Below, in pieces: positions 58,922 to 64,000 of a DNA stretch of 64,000 bases. The position numbers were made by a program, and so were the translations under genes. Source of the DNA: Phoronis australis (taxonomy: Eukaryota > Animalia > Phoronida). The stretch lies in assembly GCA_002633005.1 (NCBI GenBank), contig NMRA01000389.1:248001-312000 (forward strand). Direction: 5' to 3'. Position 1 is the first letter of the stretch. Each line of letters begins with the position of its first letter. The notes under the pieces were generated by a model, which saw only the letters and a list, made by a program, of their open reading frames with translations, was not told the DNA's origin and ran no database searches.

Positions 58922-61900
58922 CTGCAAATACAATATAAAGTATGTAACAGCACTAAAATCAAGGAAATGCATTTTGCAAAAGTGCTTTCAGACTCTAGAA
59001 CAAAACATTGATGACAGACATGTTCAGTCTTGGATTTACTACACATGGAAAAACAGTGCATGAATTTAATTAGTAAACGGGTATCATAATTATAGTCAAA
59101 GTAATTTTGAATCCCATTTTACAACTCTCCCTGCTTCAGTACAACTGTCATGTAATAGTGTACTTAAATCCAGATCAAAATACAAGTTTTCCAGATGAAA
59201 GCGCCCACATTGTCACAAGGTGACTAGAACTCTGCTGAGAAGTTAACCTGTGATGGCAGAACAAGAGTGAACGGTAACTGCTAATCAATGCCCAAAATAA
59301 ACAATGTGAAACCAACAACACTCACCTTTCCTGTTGTTTGTCCATATAAATTGAAGTGATGTTTGAGTTCTTCTTCGTGGGCAGCACCTGCTTTGTCTAT
59401 TTTATTGCCTAGCACCAACACCGGCGCGCTGGCGACTTGTTCGTCGGTTAGTAGGCTCTGTAAAAGTAGGCACATTGCATGGGGGTAGCATTGAACTTGG
59501 ATTTCAACACAAGGCTTCGTGACATGTGAGGATGAAGAGGCACTTCAGCAGTTAGACTTGGATAATAACTCTGCTGGTACTTGTAAACCCAGTGACCCAA
59601 CGCTGTACATACTATGACCAGGGTTTGTTTCATGAAAAGTGACTTATGACAGAACTTTGATTTTGCGCTCTCACTTAGTAAATACTGAATAAAGGTTTAG
59701 GAATCATTAGCTCATCACAGCCAAGAAAAAATTACACAAATTACCTCAGTAACAAGAAGAGATGAGTATATTCTCTGAGACTTTGTATTTTTGCTAAAGT
59801 GAATTTTAATTATTTTTCATAAATAGTTGTGTGGGTGCACGACCAATTTGAACTTAAAATGCAAGAAGCAGACCCCAGACACCAGATGGCGTGCTTGGAC
59901 TGGGACTCGTAGTTGATTGATTAGAGTATAAGAAAAGTCTGGGAGCTTTGTAAACCTTGCTTCAACAGTCAACCATATCTCTTACATGTCAGGTTAAATC
60001 ATGACAGTGAAGCCTACGTACATAACACTGTTCGTTAATACAGGTTTAAGGAAAATGAAGTGATTTTGTATCATGACATGACAAATGGTGTTCCAAATGC
60101 TGTTTGCTGTACGTGAAGGGTATAAAAAACACAATGAACTGGTCAAGAGCAGTTGTCACACCTGGTTAAAACTAATTGCGAAACCAGGGTATTGTGTTAC
60201 TAAGTAACACAATAATAAAATTTTCCTTGATATTAACTAAATCAAAGGCAAGGAAAATTGATGTGGATTGCCCATTCTGAAGGCCATCTCATTAGCTTAG
60301 TCCATCCTACCTCTAGCTCCCTTCTGGCTTCTTCAAACCGGTCTCTAGCACAGGAGTCTATTAAGAAGACTATACCATCAACAGCAGGGAAGTAGTCTTT
60401 CCAAACTCTTCGCACTTCAAAATCAAATGCACAGTACATTAGGCAAGTACCTTCGACAAGCCTTAGACTAACGGTGTAAACAGCAAAAGTAGAACTGTAC
60501 AACTTTACATGAACTATGACGACTACACACTTAAAATGGCTATGAACCCAACCTCTGTCACACAAACTAATTTTTGATTTAAACCCTGCAACATTATTTG
60601 ATTGGCCAAAATGTCAAAACAAGTGCTGTGTCTGGGCTTGGAAAGAACTGACAGTTGGTTATTGCTGGAGCTCTGGTTGTGTAAGATAACTTGTCACAGT
60701 GTGTTATTCTATTGGTCGAGCATGGTCTCCATGAATAACAATGTGTGTCATTCTATTGGCCGAGCATGGTCTCCAGGCATAACAATGTGTTAGTTCTTCG
60801 CTTGACCAAAGTCGGAACCAATTTTACAGCGATAAGTAGACTAAATCAAAAGTTAGTGTCTTTGACAGAATGCGGGTTTATTAATGTAGTTTCAAAACTA
60901 ATCAGCCGCACTACTTGATTAGTAAACACACCAAATCCATGTTTATGTTCTATTTTAATTAATAACCACACGTAAACAACATCTCTGTCACAGTCTACAC
61001 AGTATGCCACTGGAAAAATGTTGAGAAGAATAACCAATGCATTGGACTAGCAAAAGGTTGCTTTACCTTGTTTATGACCTCCGAGGTCAAAGGTTGTGAA
61101 CTTCATACCACCCATGGACAACTCTTCTGATGCTGAAGTAAACACAAAACGAATAGACAACATGGCAAGAAAGCTGGCAATGGCTTTGATGGTTGAAAGT
61201 GGATTAAGGGTTACAAAGGGGAAGGGAAAGAGAGAGAGCCCAGAGATAAGGAAATGTTTCCCTTGAAGTACTTGGGACTTATTCAGAAATGGATTTTGAA
61301 AATCTCAAGTGATGGATCGCCTTTTTAAAGGATGTAGCACAGCAGCGGTGGATGATCTTCAAGCACAGAATTTGTGTTTCAAAAGTTCGAAACTTTAATT
61401 AATTAGCTGCAATGATAGTCACCAGCAATAAAAAAATGCTATAAAGGCACACTGCACACAGCTTCAAGATATTCTGACCACATTTTAACACTGTACCTGC
61501 ACTTCTACTGAAAGGTCTAGATACTTTTAAAACAGACAACCAAGCAAACAAACGTACTTGGGTGTAGTGTGGGAACAGGTGCAGCCATCCTGTCTTCCTT
61601 CAACATTGACAAAAGAGTTGTCTTGCCAGCGTTGTCAAGTCCCAGAAACACTAACTTGCCCGACTTTTTGTATAAACCTGAAGAAAGCACAGTTACTGAA
61701 CAATAAACCTGAAGAAAGCAGAGTTACTGAACAAGCTGAAATATCACTATATACACAACTTTGAAGTCAACTTCCAAGCAAGCATCAGAACTTTAACTTG
61801 TGATCAAAGCTACCATATGGGCACTTAAGTGTACTTGTGATCAAAGGCACCATATGGGCACTTAAGTGTGCTTGAACTAAAAATTGGCACTGATAAAAAG

Positions 61901-62360
61901 TATAAGTTTGCGATTGACTGCCTTCTTACTGAAAACTCATTTCAACAAATGATCGTTAAAGTTTGGAACAGTAACTGAATTAACATCCCAAAGGTTATTT
62001 CCTAAGCACTGCAGTAACAAACAAATGCACATTGTTTTTATATTGATGTTTCCAATAGGGATGGATGAGACACATCTAGAACACAACAATGAAAAGTTAA
62101 CTTGTCAATTGCTTAAAAATTTCCAGTTCCATTACTCACTAGACAGTTCTCTGGTAAATTACAGGTTGTAGTAGAGACGGGAGTTTATCAGGTATTTAAT
62201 TTATTTTGACTGTGTAAAACTTGTAGAAATAAGAAACCTCATATAATTTCTCAACACCAAAATGCCCAGCTTCTCAAATTTATGCAAAAGGAGTCACCTT
62301 ATCATACTTAAACTTACCTAAAAAGTTTAACACACCGGCAAACCAATCCCACAAAAACAT
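58805..62360 (-). CDS. SAR1: Small COPII GTPase SAR1, 193 aa
   Basis: Exons 62318-62360, 61558-61677, 61067-61132, 60311-60414, 59326-59457 and 58805-58921 (43/120/66/104/132/117 nt). Amphipathic [16 protein letters not shown]-loop [50 protein letters not shown]. Confidence 0.98.
59326..59457 (-). CDS. SAR1: SAR1 exon
   Basis: [44 protein letters not shown]. Confidence 0.97.
60311..60414 (-). CDS. SAR1: SAR1 exon
   Basis: [34 protein letters not shown]. Confidence 0.96.
60700..60790. repeat. 44-bp tandem duplication, SAR1 intron
   Basis: tgtgt(t/c)attctattgg(t/c)cgagcatggtctcca..ataacaatg x2. Confidence 0.85.
61067..61132 (-). CDS. SAR1: SAR1 exon
   Basis: [21 protein letters not shown]. 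Confidence 0.97.
61558..61677 (-). CDS. SAR1: SAR1 exon (P-loop)
   Basis: [39 protein letters not shown]. Confidence 0.97.
61672..61733 (-). repeat. 31-bp tandem duplication spanning a SAR1 acceptor site
   Basis: ataaacctgaagaaagca(c/g)agttactgaaca x2. Confidence 0.95.
61796..61873. repeat. 37-bp tandem duplication, SAR1 intron
   Basis: acttgtgatcaaag..accatatgggcacttaagtgt x2. Confidence 0.9.
62318..62360 (-). CDS. SAR1: SAR1 first coding exon
   Basis: [14 protein letters not shown]|gtaagt; upstream acceptor at about 62388 implies a further 5' UTR exon. Confidence 0.95.
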
Positions 62361-64000
62361 GGTAATCTTCTATGCTCACAAACAAAACTGAAAAAGAAAA
62401 CTGCGAAACTAAGACTTATCATCGGTTAAAGCAACAACAGATTCTGAACCAACAATGCTTTTTTAACCTAGTCAAGTACTCTGATAGCATGAAGCTTAAA
62501 AGTCGAATTGATGAGTCCCTCTTGAAAATAGGTACCCTGAATCATTTTCCAATAAACAATGGCCATTACCGTTATACAGTGACACTAGTCTCGCTAGCCA
62601 TGATTTTGAAGAGGGACTTGTCAACTTGACTTTTACCAGCATGAAAAGGTTCTACACTATTTCAGGTATTGTAGCCAAACATAAATTGTCAGCCAAACTT
62701 ATCGGAACACTAAAGCATGTTTCATAATTTTACCCTAAAATTGATTCAACATTGTGTAATTGTACTTCCTTGGAACAGATAAAAGACAGGATCGTTCAGC
62801 TACTAGTACAACTAACTGTGTCACAAAATGGCAGTTCAAGACTCTCAGTCTCTCAACACAATTGTCCGACTCAAATCAAGCACTTAAGGACTGGTGAATA
62901 CCTGCAGAACAGTGACTTGTTTCAAAGATATTTAGTGTTCAGACAGAGTAAACATGGATTTTGTATCCTTTTAAGGTGAAGTGACCTCAAAAGCTATTTA
63001 GGCACAGAAAATACAAATTACATGAAGGTTTGACTCCATGGTCATTAACATCGCTAAAATACTGGATGCCAATGATCTCCGAATGGCACTGGTCAGAAAT
63101 ACCAGTCCCTAATTTCGAGAATCAGTTTCATCCACTGAATAATGGGTTCATTATTCAGTGATTGCCTGGTTCTCAAAATCAAGGACCGTTATATCCGACT
63201 AGTGCCCTCAAAACTAGGGGTGCAATTAAATAAGTCAGTGCCAGTGTGGCAGTGTGCTGAAAGTTCAACTGGTGCCAGTGGTGGGGAACAAATTTTCCCT
63301 GCCTTTCACATTCAGAAGCTACCTGCGACCAATGACCCTAGACTATTACTACATTATTCAACAATTGTAACATGACTCATGATGGGATTAAGTAACTCTT
63401 ACTTTGTCCAGTGCTAATTACCACTTTTGACGTTGTGTAACTTGACACAGGTCAGTGAAAGTTGACCGAATCAACCATGGCTTCGTCGTGACAATTTGCA
63501 ATTTAAACATCTACTGCTGAAACTCTTAAATGCCCACACTTTCGCTAAATACAATAAAAACGTTTACGCCACTTAGCCAGACACAAATACAGTTGGTTTT
63601 GAAGTCACATACCGACAGAAATATTCCAATAAGTGAGTATGTTCCTTGTAAAAAATAAACGGCCAGCGTACACGAATCAATATGGATCCTGCAACGTCGG
63701 AAATGATATTCCGTAAATGTTTCGTAAATTGTGATTGGTGTAATGGTTGCTGCCCATAAATATGACCCAATGAAAGTAGTTTTAATATCGTTGCGTTCAG
63801 CGCTACCTATCAGGTACAGAAATTATAACTGCTGTCTTGGAAAATTCACGAAAAACAGCTGTTCTGTTAGCCCTTGTAATGATTTTCCCAAAAGTAAGTA
63901 TTACACATTGTCGTGTATTCAAACCCATGACCCACAGAACCAACCGATACCTTTGAATCTATAGAAAGTTTCCAGCCGGCAATGTCCAGGTTTATGACCC

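Overview
Intron-rich genomic DNA from an invertebrate animal (AT-rich, GT-AG introns, scaffold gaps), not prokaryotic. The supplied ORF track is mostly noise, so genes were rebuilt by hand from splice sites and reading phase. Four conserved housekeeping genes were found: the first four coding exons of a UBE2D/Ubc4-5 E2 enzyme (- strand, continuing off the left edge); sphingosine-1-phosphate lyase SGPL1 (+, 14 coding exons); a COPII cargo adaptor of the SEC24A/B class (+, about 21 coding exons, about 1,215 aa); and the COPII GTPase SAR1 (-, 6 coding exons, 193 aa), tail-to-tail with SEC24. Introns and spacers contain LINE fragments (APE endonuclease, L1/Tx1-type and CR1/L2-like), a DIRS-type RT fragment, SINE remnants, fold-back MITEs, a 21-bp minisatellite and a Helentron-associated-like (HINE) element. 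Most notable observations: (1) the HINE-like element carries about 11 same-orientation CTCF-like motifs at about 143-bp spacing; (2) the SEC24-SAR1 pair sits in a UBE2D-SGPL1-SEC24-SAR1 block that echoes human paralogons; (3) three short tandem duplications copy splice sites; (4) an apparently decayed spliced gene runs divergently from the SEC24 promoter. No new biological system can be proven from sequence alone; these are the best leads.
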